Source: Octopus sinensis (Eukaryota). Taken from it: 64,000 nucleotides of DNA. Where the stretch lies: assembly GCF_006345805.1 (NCBI RefSeq), contig NC_043001.1, forward strand, positions 69,068,001 through 69,132,000, in the 5' to 3' direction. The notes under the pieces are model-generated. The model was not told where the DNA came from, made no database searches, and worked only from the letters and a program-made list of their open reading frames with translations. Of the stretch, positions 1-11,950 are shown one piece after another (within the stretch, counting starts at the first letter, position 1; every line of letters begins with the position of its first letter). Both the position numbers and the translations under genes were made by a program.

Positions 1-137
1 CGGGGTTCCACCACGGCCGCTGCTTCAAACAGACACTCACTCTGACGGAAATATGCCTTAGTAAAAAAGGAAAAAAATTCTTTCGTGCAAATCTGACCCT
101 GATACATACGATACAGCTAAGGGTCAGACCCGATTCT

Positions 138-509
138 GATTGGTCAACAAGTTGATGACGTCTAGCTCTGCTAGAATGGACAGGATACAAACAGGGGACA
201 GTCATTAGTCAGAATATTGATGACGTCCTTTTCTGCTTGAATAGTCACCTAACAAGTACAGACAGGGGGCAGATCTAATGTAGCTATAAGTCGTGATTGG
301 GCAGAATCTGGATGACGTCCCGCTCTGCTTGACTAACGAAGCGACTGGTCAAAACAGGAAACAAACAAGAGGCAGATATAATGCAGCGATTGGTCAAAAT
401 AATGATGACGTCCTGTTCTACTTGATTAAAGCCACCTAACGAAACGATTGGTCAAAACATTGATGACGTCACGCTACGCTAGATTGACCACCTAACAGGC
501 ATTATAAAA
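138..509 (+). promoter_or_regulatory. Array of five inverted-CCAAT/CRE composite motifs followed by a TATA box
   Basis: ATTGG-N9-(T/G)GATGACGTC at 139-162, 204-227 (ATTAG variant), 296-319, 389-412 and 447-471. TATAAAA at 503-509. CCACCATGG at 554-562. Confidence 0.55.
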
Positions 510-954
510 CGAGCATTTTCACAAAAAACTCACTAGAACCACCCAGCGAACTTCCACCATGGGTCATCACAATTGCTTAAGGTAAAAATGAATTCCTCGC
601 TCTTTCGGAAACATCAATCTTCGCTGTATTGACCGCTTTCCACCACTTTGATCTGTTTTTTGTATTGAATACGTATCGCCACCGTGGGCCACTGCATCGA
701 ACACTTTGAACATATACTTCAAATTATATATCAACTATACATGAACTATATATCAACTATACATGAACTCTAAGATGTTGACTCCGTTGTGTATTATAAA
801 TGAATTCTTGTGTTTGACGGCATGAGCTGTCTTTTTTTATATATAACTTTTTTGATAAGGTTCATTTCAGGAACTGAAACATGTTATAATGTATATATAA
901 AATTAAAAATTGTATAATACAGCAGCATTTTCGAACTTCATTTTTTACAAATAT

Positions 955-1029
<75 letters not shown>

Positions 1030-1165
1030 TATACATTCATATATATATACATATACGCATTTTATACATATGTCTATGTACTTACACCCATACTTAGGTA
1101 TATATATAACATACATATATAAAGATATATATATATATATATAATATATATACATATATATATAA
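955..1165. repeat. (TA)n microsatellite, interrupted
   Basis: Seen directly. Confidence 0.95.
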
Positions 1166-2257
1166 ATTCTCACATACGGACAAAGGACATTTAATAAATG
1201 CTCGAGCATGCTACGGAATAATATTCAATTCTGGTTTCCATTTTCAGATTTTGTGCACATGAAATATGTTCGTTGACGTGACACGTTTTCCGTATATATT
1301 TATTTAAAATCAAATGTACGCGCTTACGCCCGTGCGTGCACACACACAACACACACATACACACACACACATACACACACGCAAAAGAACCCACATACAC
1401 ATATGCACTCACATAAGCAAAATTCCTATCTATATTAGCAACACAGCATTGATTAAAGATGCGCAGCAAATACCACGAGAGAATATATTTAAAAAGGAAT
1501 AAGGAAGCGTGATTGAAATATTTTGTATAATGCTTCTCCTTCCTATACGTTTACATGGTTCTTTACTGAGACACATAAGAACTTAACTGATAAATTCCTC
1601 ACCAAGATGAATTCAAAATTATCCATGTATCTATAACATACTATTAGTGCTTCAGTTGTTTGGTATAATTTGAAAAACCGTTTATTTCTGTTTGGATGGA
1701 TATTTATACACCACATAAAAAAATCTGCGAGCGGATGTTCACACACACACTTGCTTACACCCAAGATAACTTGAAACACACATGTATATCTACGAATAAA
1801 ATTATTCATATATCTATGTTTGTCTATGCAGAGACAGATATGATTTTGAGTGTCCTTACCTATGCATCATAATGAGTAGATTTGTCTGCTATCTGAATAT
1901 CTTTTTGTCTTTGATTATCGATCTTATTTTCAATACGCATATATGTCTGCCCCACTCCATTTAACGCTGAATGACCGGTTAAGTTTAATTTGCATATTCT
2001 GCGCAATATATTCTCGATCACATACACTGACTCTGTTGGACAATCTAACACACATACAAACAGGCATATACATTCATGTACTTATATACTAACACAAACA
2101 CGACTTACGGTGTGGGTGTATAAATATACACGCATATCTAAAGATATACATGTATATGCATAGTTCTGTCTATCTAATGCACACACACACACATATACAT
2201 GCACGCACATATATTCGTGTGTGTGTGTGTGTGTGTGTGTTTATAATATATAAAAGA

Positions 2258-2420
2258 TGCCGGTGTGGGTATGCTGTACGAAGCTTTCTTTCCAGTCACA
2301 TGGTTCCGGATTCAGTCCTACTGCATGGTAACTTGGGTGAGTGTCTTCCACTATAGACTCGAGCAGACGAAAGACTTGTGAGTGGATTTTGCAAACCAGA
2401 AAATGAAAGGAGCCGGTCAC
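2258..2420 (+). mobile_element. Degenerate tRNA-derived SINE, 5' half of the family at 29642 and 40429
   Basis: cacatggttccggattcagtcctactgc...cttgtgagtggatttt aligns by eye to 29642-29805. Confidence 0.8.
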
Positions 2421-2431
2421 ACACACACACA

Positions 2432-2464
<33 letters not shown>

Positions 2465-2529
2465 ATAGTATATATATATATATTATATATATATATATAT
2501 ATCTATATATATATATATATATATATATC

Positions 2530-2840
2530 GCTGCTGTCTTTCTGGCCTGACCCTCTCAAGGTATGGGCGACAATTCTTTTTGCTCCGCTCGTCGTTCATA
2601 AAAAAATCCGCGTTCGCAATACTTCTTTTCGTCGGCGTTAACAGCCCCTCCTTATTGTTTTTCCTTGTCTGTCTTTAATGTTTATGATTTTTTACTGTCG
2701 TACTGTCCTGTTTCTGTTACCATTTTTACCCCTCTACGAAAAGATCTCGAATTTTAATTGATTTGCTTTTCGCAGGAAGGAAAGTTCCTTGTCGAAGATA
2801 CGTCTCGCTTTCACCTTCGAAACGTAGAATAGATTGAAAA
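2530..2840 (+). mobile_element. Penelope-type pLTR-like relic with degenerate hammerhead-like motif
   Basis: ttc-CTTGTCGAAGA...TCGAAACGTA-gaa at 2785-2829 resembles the motif family at 40935/52021/63495. Follows a (TA)n tract. Confidence 0.4.
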
Positions 2841-2844
2841 GTCA

Positions 2845-4740
2845 CATGAATTAGAAATCATAGCTATAAATGAGACTAGACACCATAATCTACGAGCTCT
2901 AAAGTCCATGTTTGGCGGACAGTTTAACATTTATTTTTCTCCATGTCTGCCGAGGTAGTGGCACGGCGGTACATTTTCACACGAGTCTGGATCTCGAAGT
3001 AAAGACAATCTTTGACTTGGCTGTCGACGGCAGCAATGCGTGTGCTTTTCAACTCATAATAGTCTACGTACTACTTTAAGAGGTTGGCCGGATTTCTTTC
3101 GACATCTAGAAGTATTCCTAGGAACGTTTCGTCTTTTACTTGTGGTGGGGGATTAGAATGCTACCTAGGACGCGCATCTAGACTACGTGGGCAGAGATAA
3201 GAATAGACGGGTATGCAAATGCCTCAGAGACCTGCTCAGACGCTTTCAACTGTCTGACAGGTACCGAATCAACCACCCGAATGCGCCAACGTGGAAATGG
3301 ACTTCTTTCCCGTCGAGACAGGTTTTCAGAGACCGGATTAGCATGCTAGTAAAGAGGATTGATCAGGAGCTATTATCAACAACAAATGGTGGTTTGCCCT
3401 CAAGAGAGCAATAAAAGCAGAAGCGATTAGGCATAGCAAAACACTAGCAATAGATAGAAACAGGGTAGAGGGTGACTAGTTAAGAAGCTAGAAGAGTCGA
3501 TTAGAAGTGGCATCGCATCCGGCGTATTGGCGGCAAGGTAGGTCCTCGACCAACATTCAACGCCAAACACGAAGGGTGTGTTGTCAGGGCTAGGATGCAT
3601 ACACTAAGGAACGAAGGAGTTGGAGCCGCACGAGAGGCCCGAGTGTGGGAATCGAATTAGGGCAACAAATCCACCATTCGGTCTCTGGTGGATAAACAGA
3701 GGCGCAAATTATTCGAGCCAAGTAAAATGTGTGAGGTCTTTCAACAGCATTTTGCCCGTCTCTTCAGGATAAGTGGCGAGCGTGAACACAGGGTGGAATT
3801 CAGTACCTAACTGCACAGCCTGCCACAACTCTCGACAATAGAGGCAGAGTGCGGCGAAGGTGCCATCACGGCGGCGGAAGTGCGGGACGCGATGGAGGAA
3901 TGCTTGGGGGACAAATCGCCGTGTTTGGATGTTCTACACTACGAGCTTTACAGTTGTATGCCAGGCTTGTTTAGAGACGTCTTGGCAGCAGTGTACTGCA
4001 ACTAGTAGCAACACGGGAGCTTCCCAGGTTTTGTGAGCCGAGAAAGATCCAAACAAAGGGGGCGAAATAGATAACTTTAGGCCCATCACTCTGCTGAATG
4101 CAGACTTGAGAATTTGGGCTAAGGTGTTAGACAAGAAGTTGGCGTTTGTTATGGAGAAAACTGGTTGACAAGGCGCAAACGTGCGCCGTGCCGGGCCGGG
4201 AGCAACAATAAGAACTACATCATAGACAGGGTAGTTAAGGAACATGGCATAGGTGGGGCCCTGATCAATTGGATCAATCCAAAGCTTTCGATAGGGTAGA
4301 CCATCGATACTTTGAGGCTGTCTTCATAGCGGCTGGTTTCAGTCCCATCTTCCGCGGCTGGATAGCTGCCTTGTACAGAGGCATCTTTCGGTAATTCGCA
4401 TGAATGGGCATCTATCGAGACCTTTCGACATTGCACGTTCGGTTCGTCAGGGATGCCAGCTCTCGTCGCTTCTGTATGTATTGAATCTCGAGGCACTACT
4501 GCGGAAGCTGGCGACGCTGAGGAGCATCCCGCGAAAATTGGGAAGCAGGAAGAGCGTATCCGTATTCGCGGACGATGTCACCGTCATAAATTCTAGCCGG
4601 AGCACACTGAGCTGGTCGGCGAGACATTGAATGACAACGAAGCGGTAACAGGAGCGAAAATCAACCGGGGAAAGTCAGTGCGCTTGCGGCTCGGCACCTG
4701 GAGAAGCAAGTCCATGCCGTCCAGCAGCGCCTCTGTCGTG
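2845..4740 (+). mobile_element. Degenerate Tx1/L1-like LINE ORF2 (APE endonuclease and RT)
   Basis: Translated motifs IIAINETR, VVGD*NA, NFRPITLLNADLRIWAKVL, DQSKAFDRVDH, SVRQGCQLSSLLY and VFADD, with stops and frameshifts. Confidence 0.9.
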
Positions 4741-5298
4741 GAAGTGTATTCAGCTGAATAAAATTACTGCTGTTTTTTATCAAGAACTTCCGGCGGTTTA
4801 TATTTCGTTTGTTATTTATGATAAGCCTAAACCTAAAACCCTAACCCTAACCCTAACCCTAACCATAAAAAACACTAATCCTAAAATTCTAACCCTACCA
4901 CTAAAACTCTAACCCTAACCCTGAAACCCTAACCCTAACCCTAAAACCCTAACCTTAAAATCCTAACCTTTAAATCCTAACCCTAACACCGTAACCCTAA
5001 AACCCTAAAGTTAAACCAGTACAAACGCACGAACTATGTCATAAATAACAGGACAAACGAAAATACCACGCCGATAGTTGTTGTTAACAAACAACGGCAG
5101 TAATTTTATTCAGCTGAATACACGTCATTGATTGGTTGAAATTCCTGATAGGACAACTTTAACGTGAAATAACTCCATAAAGTTTGTCTCAAAAATGCTA
5201 AGAGTAAAAGATGTTTTATATAACACATTGTACCAGTGTCCGGAGTTTGAAATTATCTTTTAAATCTGTCGGTAAAAAGGTAATGATCCCAAAGCATT
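4741..5298. mobile_element. Non-autonomous element with 27-bp inverted repeats enclosing degenerate (CCCTAA)n, inserted in the LINE
   Basis: gtgtattcagctgaataaaattactgc (4744-4770) is the exact reverse complement of 5097-5123. Degenerate CCCTAA repeats at about 4826-5010. LINE sequence stops at 4740 and resumes at about 5300. Confidence 0.75.
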
Positions 5299-5299
5299 A

Positions 5300-5520
5300 T
5301 ATGGGATTAGTGGAGGGGGGGAGGTAGTACGACGACGATCTCGGGGCGTACCTGGGCGTCGACGAGGAACACCTGAACCGCCTGTTCAAGACGGCTTTCG
5401 AGCCGGACCCATGGACAAATTCCAGAGATCCCTGGCCTGGCAGTGCTACCGAGAATCGCTACCAGTTCAGGTTAAGCTGTACAGGCATGGCTCGAGAAAC
5501 ACGGGGCCGACACGCCCGAC
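5300..5520 (+). mobile_element. C-terminal fragment of the same Tx1-like ORF2
   Basis: MDKFQRSLAWQCYRESLPVQVKLYRHG resembles the region preceding the C-terminal zinc motif of Tx1/L1 ORF2. Confidence 0.7.
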
Positions 5521-6204
5521 ATATAACGTCATCCTGTATAAGAAGGTAGTATTTCAAACTTTGTGTGTCTCTGATATGTATATGTTTTACAAGAAATAGT
5601 CTACATATATTTTAGAAGCAGTGAATGAATAGATTAAAAATAACCAAGGAAAATATATTTCCTTAATTTCAAACCAATCTCTCTATTGGATCTGGCAACG
5701 ATATTTTATACTTCATGCTTATAACCGAGTGACCCTCCACTAGGTTGCCATTTTCAGTTATACAAAATTGCTTCAGTAATTTCAAACAAGGAAACAAAGT
5801 GGTATCTCTTACTCCTTGTCAGTAATATTTTAAAGTTATTTTCATTATGATTCTTTTTAGTGTGTAGCCTGGAGCTGACTATTTTAGAAAACTTTCGTTA
5901 CAAAAGACCACAGTGTCGATGGAGCACGGAACTCTTAATTACTTCTACATCAAGAATTTTTTCTTTTAGTTACAAAAGCTCATCTTCCAGTCATTCTTGA
6001 ATATTCTTGCATCCAAACATTGAGATATACTTAATATATACTTCAGTACTTCCTACTTCTCATCGCACCAACATGTTGAATTTCTATCAAGAAATACATA
6101 CACACGCCCAATCCCACCACACACACACACATGCGCGCGCGCATGAACACACAGACACGCACGTACACATCAGAGAGAGAGAGAAAGAGAGAGAGAGCCA
6201 CAGT

Positions 6205-6492
6205 CGTGGCTGTGTGGTAAGCACTACCAAATCCACTTACAAGGCGTTGGTCGGTCTCAGGTTGTAGTAGAAGACACTTGCCCAATGTGCCATTCAGCAG
6301 GACTGAACCTAGAACAACGTGGTGGGAAAACAAGCGTCTTTTATTCATTTAATAGAAGCTTGTTTCCCCACCACATTGTTTCAGGTTCGGTCCTGCTGAA
6401 GGGCACCTTGGACAAGTGTTTCTACTACAGCCTGAGGCCGACCAACGCCTTATAAGTGGATTTGGTAGGTTGAAACTGAAAGAAACCCGTCG
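6205..6492 (+). mobile_element. tRNA-derived SINE with internal inverted duplication (foldback)
   Basis: SINE head ggctgtgtggtaag is followed by about 6225-6345, which is the reverse complement of about 6352-6468. Duplicated at about 14475-14770. Confidence 0.85.
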
Positions 6493-6509
6493 AATATATA
6501 TATATTTAT

Positions 6510-6720
6510 ATGTTGATTTAGGAATGGTCATGTTGCCAGTTTAGCCAATAAAAACACACGCACTATATTTTTGGTGTTAATTTGCTTCAGTTATATTTTT
6601 TTACATTAATCTTAATCTTATTTCGATCAGAGTTCTTTCGTCACACTTCTGTGACATCACCAGTGGTCCTTTTGCTTTCTTCTTTCTTATTTCTGTGTTC
6701 CCCTTACTAACGGTCAGCTA
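6510..6720 (-). mobile_element. Penelope-type short unit with hammerhead-like motif
   Basis: Minus strand 6669-6624 reads ggacca-CTGGTGA-T-GTCACA gaag TGTGAC-GAAA-GAACTC-tgatcg. Duplicated at 14905-14950. Confidence 0.5.
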
Positions 6721-6831
6721 CTATTAAGAAATTGACAGATTCCATGACTAATAGAATTTCGAAGTTACCCATCGAAATAATTGGTTAAATAATTTATTAT
6801 GTTAATAATGTTATAAAATCATTATAGTTTT

Positions 6832-7040
6832 AAGCGGCGAGCTGACAGAAACTAAGCAGTTAGCACACCGTCTAATTTTTAGCGGTATATTCGTCTGTCT
6901 TTACGTTCTGAGTTCAAATTCCACCGAAGCCTTTCATCCTTTCGGGATCGATAACTTAAGTACCAGTTGCGTACTAGAGTCGATCTAACCACTAGCCCGC
7001 TCTCCCAGAATTTCGGGCGTGGTGCCTAGAGCAGAAAAGA
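6832..7040 (+). mobile_element. SINE with Nin/Deu-like central domain
   Basis: gcggcgagctgacagaa...gttctgagttcaaattcc...gcctttcatcctttcgggatcgataacttaagtaccag. Duplicated at about 15115-15325. Confidence 0.8.
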
Positions 7041-7044
7041 AATT

Positions 7045-7254
7045 ATGGTTTTCTGTTGAATATATACTCAATTTATGCTTAATATGTATAATTATGCTTC
7101 ATGTTCTGAAACAAAAATGTCTACATGGGCTATATTAGCATAGTTCGTCTAAAAACTGAAGAATGGGATAAAGAAAAGACGTTACACAGAATTATGAGAA
7201 CATGACAACTGAGAAATCCTAACTTCACTCCTAAGCTATTAAGATAGTTCTGGG

Positions 7255-7255
<1 letters not shown>
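7045..7255 (+). repeat. Dispersed repeat, probable old DNA-transposon end
   Basis: Homologous to 26835-27132 (ttctgaaacaaaaatgt...aaaactgaagaa...cgttacacagaat...gagaaatccta...actcctaag...gttctggg). Confidence 0.65.
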
Positions 7256-7285
<30 letters not shown>

Positions 7286-7294
<9 letters not shown>

Positions 7295-7747
7295 AGTGAA
7301 TTGAAGAAATGGAGTTGAACGAAGATTGAACAGAAATCAGCAGTGACCACACTCTGGTCACTGCTGAGAGATCCGTCAGGGGGTAGAAAAATATTTAGTC
7401 TCGGTCACAAAGAACATCTAAGCACCCCGTGCTCTCACCCACCGGAATGACCGCTGCCTGACCCGTTAAAATCTTCAACGCACCCACCACCCGTTTTCAA
7501 CATACATTGATAAACAGTTGGCCATGGGCTCTTAGGAGCCTCGTTCGATTTGTTTTGCTCCGCCTCTGTTCTGTTTTTGTTTTTCCCAACGGATTTCCTA
7601 TTTCTTCCTGAAGAGAAAGACACAATATGGTCTCCTTATTCAATCGGAATTTGGTAAATGTGCCTTTCGAAACACGTGTAGAATGCAATAAAACGATTTC
7701 TGTTCAATCTTCGTTCAACTCCATTTCTTCAATTCACTAATAATATA
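7286..7747. mobile_element. MITE-like element with 53-bp perfect terminal inverted repeats
   Basis: 7286-7338 is the exact reverse complement of 7695-7747. Internal 13-bp hairpin at 7337-7367. TA-rich flanks. Duplicated at about 15567-16028. Confidence 0.85.
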
Positions 7748-7897
7748 AAATTCAATTATCCGCACCAAACGCACGGTTTGCAACACCATGGTTGTACCTC
7801 CAAACTGTGCTGTCTTCTGCTGTGATTTTTGCTACCAAGGTATCGGTTAAACTTTTGATTAATCTGCAACAAGATTATGCATCTTTCTATTTCACAA

Positions 7898-8725
7898 TAT
7901 ATATATATATATTATTATATATATATATATATAGATTATATATAGATATATATATAGATATATATATATATATATATATATTATATGATATATATAGGTG
8001 TATATAGATAGATATATGGATATATATATATGTATGATATATATATATGTCTATATATATATATATATATATATAGTATATATATATATGTTATATATAT
8101 ATATGTATATATATATATGTATATATATCATATATCTATATATATTATATATAGGATATATATATATATGTATATATCTATATATGTATATATATATATA
8201 TGATATATATGTATATATATATATGTATATAGATATATGTATCTATATATATATGTATATATGATGTATCTAATATATATATTATATATATATATCTATA
8301 TATGTTATATATATATATATCTATATATATATATAGATATGTATATAGATATATATGTATATATATCTTATATATATATATGTAATATATAGATATATAT
8401 ATGTATATATATCTATATATATTATATATATATATATATAATTTTTAATTTCTATATATATATATAGGTATATATATATATATATGTATATATATATAAT
8501 ATATATATGTACATATATATAGATATATTGATATAGTATTATATATATATATATAGGTATATATATATATAGATGTATATTTATATATATATTATGTTAT
8601 ATATATATGTATAATATATATATATGTTATATATATATGTATATTTATATATATGTATATATCTATATAATATTTATATATATATGTATATATATATATA
8701 TATATATGTGTATATATATATATGT
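7898..8725. repeat. Long (TA)n microsatellite, noisy copy
   Basis: Seen directly. The cleaner counterpart is at 16179-16920. Confidence 0.95.
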
Positions 8726-8769
8726 ATGTGCGTGGGAAGAGGGCTGATGACCTTGACGTGAGCGCGCTT

Positions 8770-9240
8770 GCATGTGTAGCATGTGGATGATGGTGTGGTG
8801 CTGGAGAAGTGGTCGTTGCTTGTGTGAATGTGCTGGGTGATTGATATGGTGTTGTGGTATGGTGGTGTCGGGGTTGTTGTGGTGTGTTTCGATGTCGGAG
8901 GCGATGTGTGGGTAAAGCAAGGGTGGGGTGTGGGTTAGGCTGAGAATGGAGGAGATTTGGATATGTGGAATGGGTGGTATAGGATGGAGTGGGATGGGAT
9001 GGATAGGGAAGGTGGGGCTCGATTGTGTAGAGGTGGGTTACGAGGGAGGAGTGACGATGTAGGGAAAGGGGAAGGGAGAGGGGGTCGGAGCGAGTGAAAA
9101 GAAGAGAGAAGGAGAGTAGGAGTGAGAGAAAGTAGTTAGAGTCGGGAGCAAGAGATGAGAGGTGGGTGGGAGGAGGGTTAGATAAAGAGGGGCGGATAGT
9201 TGAGCCCTGTGGAGCAAAGGACGAAGAGAGAAGATTAATC
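8770..9240 (+). repeat. G-rich (GT to GA) low-complexity tract
   Basis: Very C-poor on the + strand. Duplicated at about 16975-17430. Confidence 0.8.
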
Positions 9241-11326
9241 CCTGTTCACAGCGAAGAAGGGGCGTCCGGATGGCCTTGTGCAAGGACAATCCGGTGCTGC
9301 AAAAACGTGACAATAGCGGAAATGGCGCGCGAGACCGAGGTGTCATTGCCGAGTCGGATATATATATCAAAACTATATATATTATACGTTTGTGTGTTGG
9401 TTGTGTGTGTATGTGTATTTGTATTTGTGCATTGTGTGTGAAATGCATGCTGCCTCACGTAGGATGTGGAAGTCGATTTAAAGCTATAAGTAATAGCTTT
9501 CATAATGTTCCGTGAATATTTTTAATAAAAATTAAGTTGAAAGACTGCGTCTTCAGGGGGGGCCTTTGATTTTTCCCCTTGTAAAAAAACATTCTAAATG
9601 CTTTCATTTCCAGTTTAAAAAAACTTATTTCATATTTCTGAAAGGTTCTAAGTATTCACAACATAATCAATCATATACATGCATTTATATACATGTGTAC
9701 GTGTGTGTGTGTGTGTGTGTGTGAGAGTTGGGTGTGCTATGTGTGTTGTGTACATTATAAAACTACTTTTCTATAATGAATTTCTAACAGGAAATACCTT
9801 ACAGTTTCCACTATGCAAAACTCTGTAACTCCTGTTAGCAAATGAAACGTTGTAACAGTTTTTGAATATAGATAATAACAACAACATTCATTTCCTTGTT
9901 TTGTTATATTCAACAAACAATATTGCGATAATTCTCATTTTGATATGTATTTTGATGGACAGACATTAACTACGGATACAGGTTGACTGTAAAAATGGAA
10001 TAAGCAAATATTCATCAAGAGGAAACAACTGGGATTTACCTTACTACCTATATAATCCGTACATATACACCTGTGAGTGTATGACCAAATTACTTTTAAT
10101 GAATTGACATTTTATGGCCATTCTCGTATTTTGCTGGGATATTTGACATGAAAATGTGTACTCAAGTAAAATTGGTTTAGATTTACTATATGTGATATAT
10201 TGTGATGTATCGGTTTTCCATTGTTATGAGAAGCAGCAATGTAACCTTAGAATGTGGGTGAATTGGGGCACAGTAGAATTATCGGTGTGTATAACATACA
10301 TACACATATATATAAAGATAAGTTTTTAGTTTCCTTAAGTTTTATTGAGTAAGCAGATACCGGACGAGAATATGTAATTCTCGGATTTTGAATATATTTT
10401 TTTATACAGTATGCAGTGTATATATTTGTGGAAGTTTCTTTATTTTACTTTAAAAAGAATTTTTAGATGGTTATTAAGCGATTACTATAAAAACATTGCC
10501 CTGCTGCGAATCAGATATGTTGCTGATATGTAAATACTTACTATCAAACGAGAGTAAACAATAATTTTTAAAGAACCAAAGAAAGCATTTGTTCTGTCTT
10601 GTATGTAAAATATCAACTCTGTATTTTGTGAATTTGTGATATGATATTTTAACCCTTTGATATAAAGGTGAAGTGTAGAAAATATTTTTCGTAGTTTTAT
10701 CACTTCAAAAAGCGTAAGGTATAAGAAATTTCATGATATTTGAATAGATTAACTGATATAATTATATCAGTTAATCAATGACCAATGCTAAAACTATAAC
10801 CAAAACTATGCAGAAGTATGGCCAAAACAAGAAAAAAACTGTAACAAGAAACAAACTGATAATGTAAGGGGATAGATGGAAGCACAATTGACCTCGGTGG
10901 AATTCTTCCGACTCTGTTCTGCCATTCCACTGCTCTCTTCAGGTTTGTTTGTAATAAAACACTTTCAACATACCAAAATCAAAAGAAAAAGAAATGATAA
11001 GAATTCATAATAAAAACAACTCTTTGAACGTGCAACTAAATCCAATAAACAGAAAAAACTGAAACGGTCTACAAATGCCAAAAACACCATGGCGCGAAAT
11101 TCTGTTCACTGAGACCAATTAAAAGAATATATAAACGGGGTGAATGCTCCGATACTTTCAGTAGTAGACACCAACCCCAGGAGAGTGGAGCAGAATTAAG
11201 AGCAAACGAATTCTGCACTCTCTTTCAAAAATAATAATGATGATGATGATGATGATAGTTTTATAATAATAATAATGATGATGATGATGATGGAGGAGGA
11301 GGAGGAGGAGGAGGAGGAGGAAGATG

Positions 11327-11371
<45 letters not shown>

Positions 11372-11387
11372 TAATATAATAATAATT

Positions 11388-11950
11388 CCCAAATCAAATG
11401 AAACAACAAAACCAGAAAATACCAGACCAATAAACTGCCCTCCCTACTATGTTCAAGGCATTTACTGCAGTGATATCGCAAAGGCTGAACAAGCAACTGG
11501 ACGAAAACAACTGTTCCCAGAAGAGCAGAAAGGATGCCGAAAGGGCTCATATGGGTATGACTGTAAAGATCAACTAATGATTATATATAAAGCCGTAACT
11601 GAAGACAGCCACAGAAAGAAGAAAGGCCTCAGTATGGCCTGGTTGACTACAAAAAGGCGTTTGATAGCATCCCCCACACATGGATCCTAGAAACACTAGC
11701 CATTAACAAAGTAGCACCAACAATCATAAAATTCATAGAGGCACTCTATGAATAAATGGCAAACAGTCCTACACCTCCCAACAAAAGAGGGACTCATGAA
11801 AACCAAAGACATCCCCATTAGAAGAGGAATATTCCAGGGAGACACGCTCTCTCCACTCCTTTTCTGCTTGCCACTGTCACCTCTATCTGATATGCTAAAT
11901 AGAACTGGATGCGGATATAAATGTTACGGCCAAAAACGATCAGCCATTTT
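11388..11950 (+). mobile_element. Frameshift-rich duplicate of the 5' part of the Dong/R4 LINE RT
   Basis: Matches 19537-20087 with many indels. Contains RRGIFQGDTLSPLLF. Confidence 0.9.

Larger units (their letters stand above)
3664..11950 (+). repeat. Copy 1 of an ~8.2-kb tandem duplication
   Basis: aacaaatccaccattcggtc at 3664 recurs at 11951. All landmarks recur in the same order up to cgatcagcca (about 11946 and 20087). Confidence 0.95.

Noticed and set aside
138-480. CRISPR-like repeat-spacer appearance
   Set aside because: The repeats are degenerate, the inter-repeat sequences are related to each other and irregular in length, there are no cas genes, and the context is eukaryotic.
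4826-5010. True telomere or chromosome-fusion site
   Set aside because: Short, degenerate, single orientation and enclosed in an inverted-repeat element.
8740-8775. CTGATGA hammerhead core
   Set aside because: No downstream stem II/GAAA arrangement.
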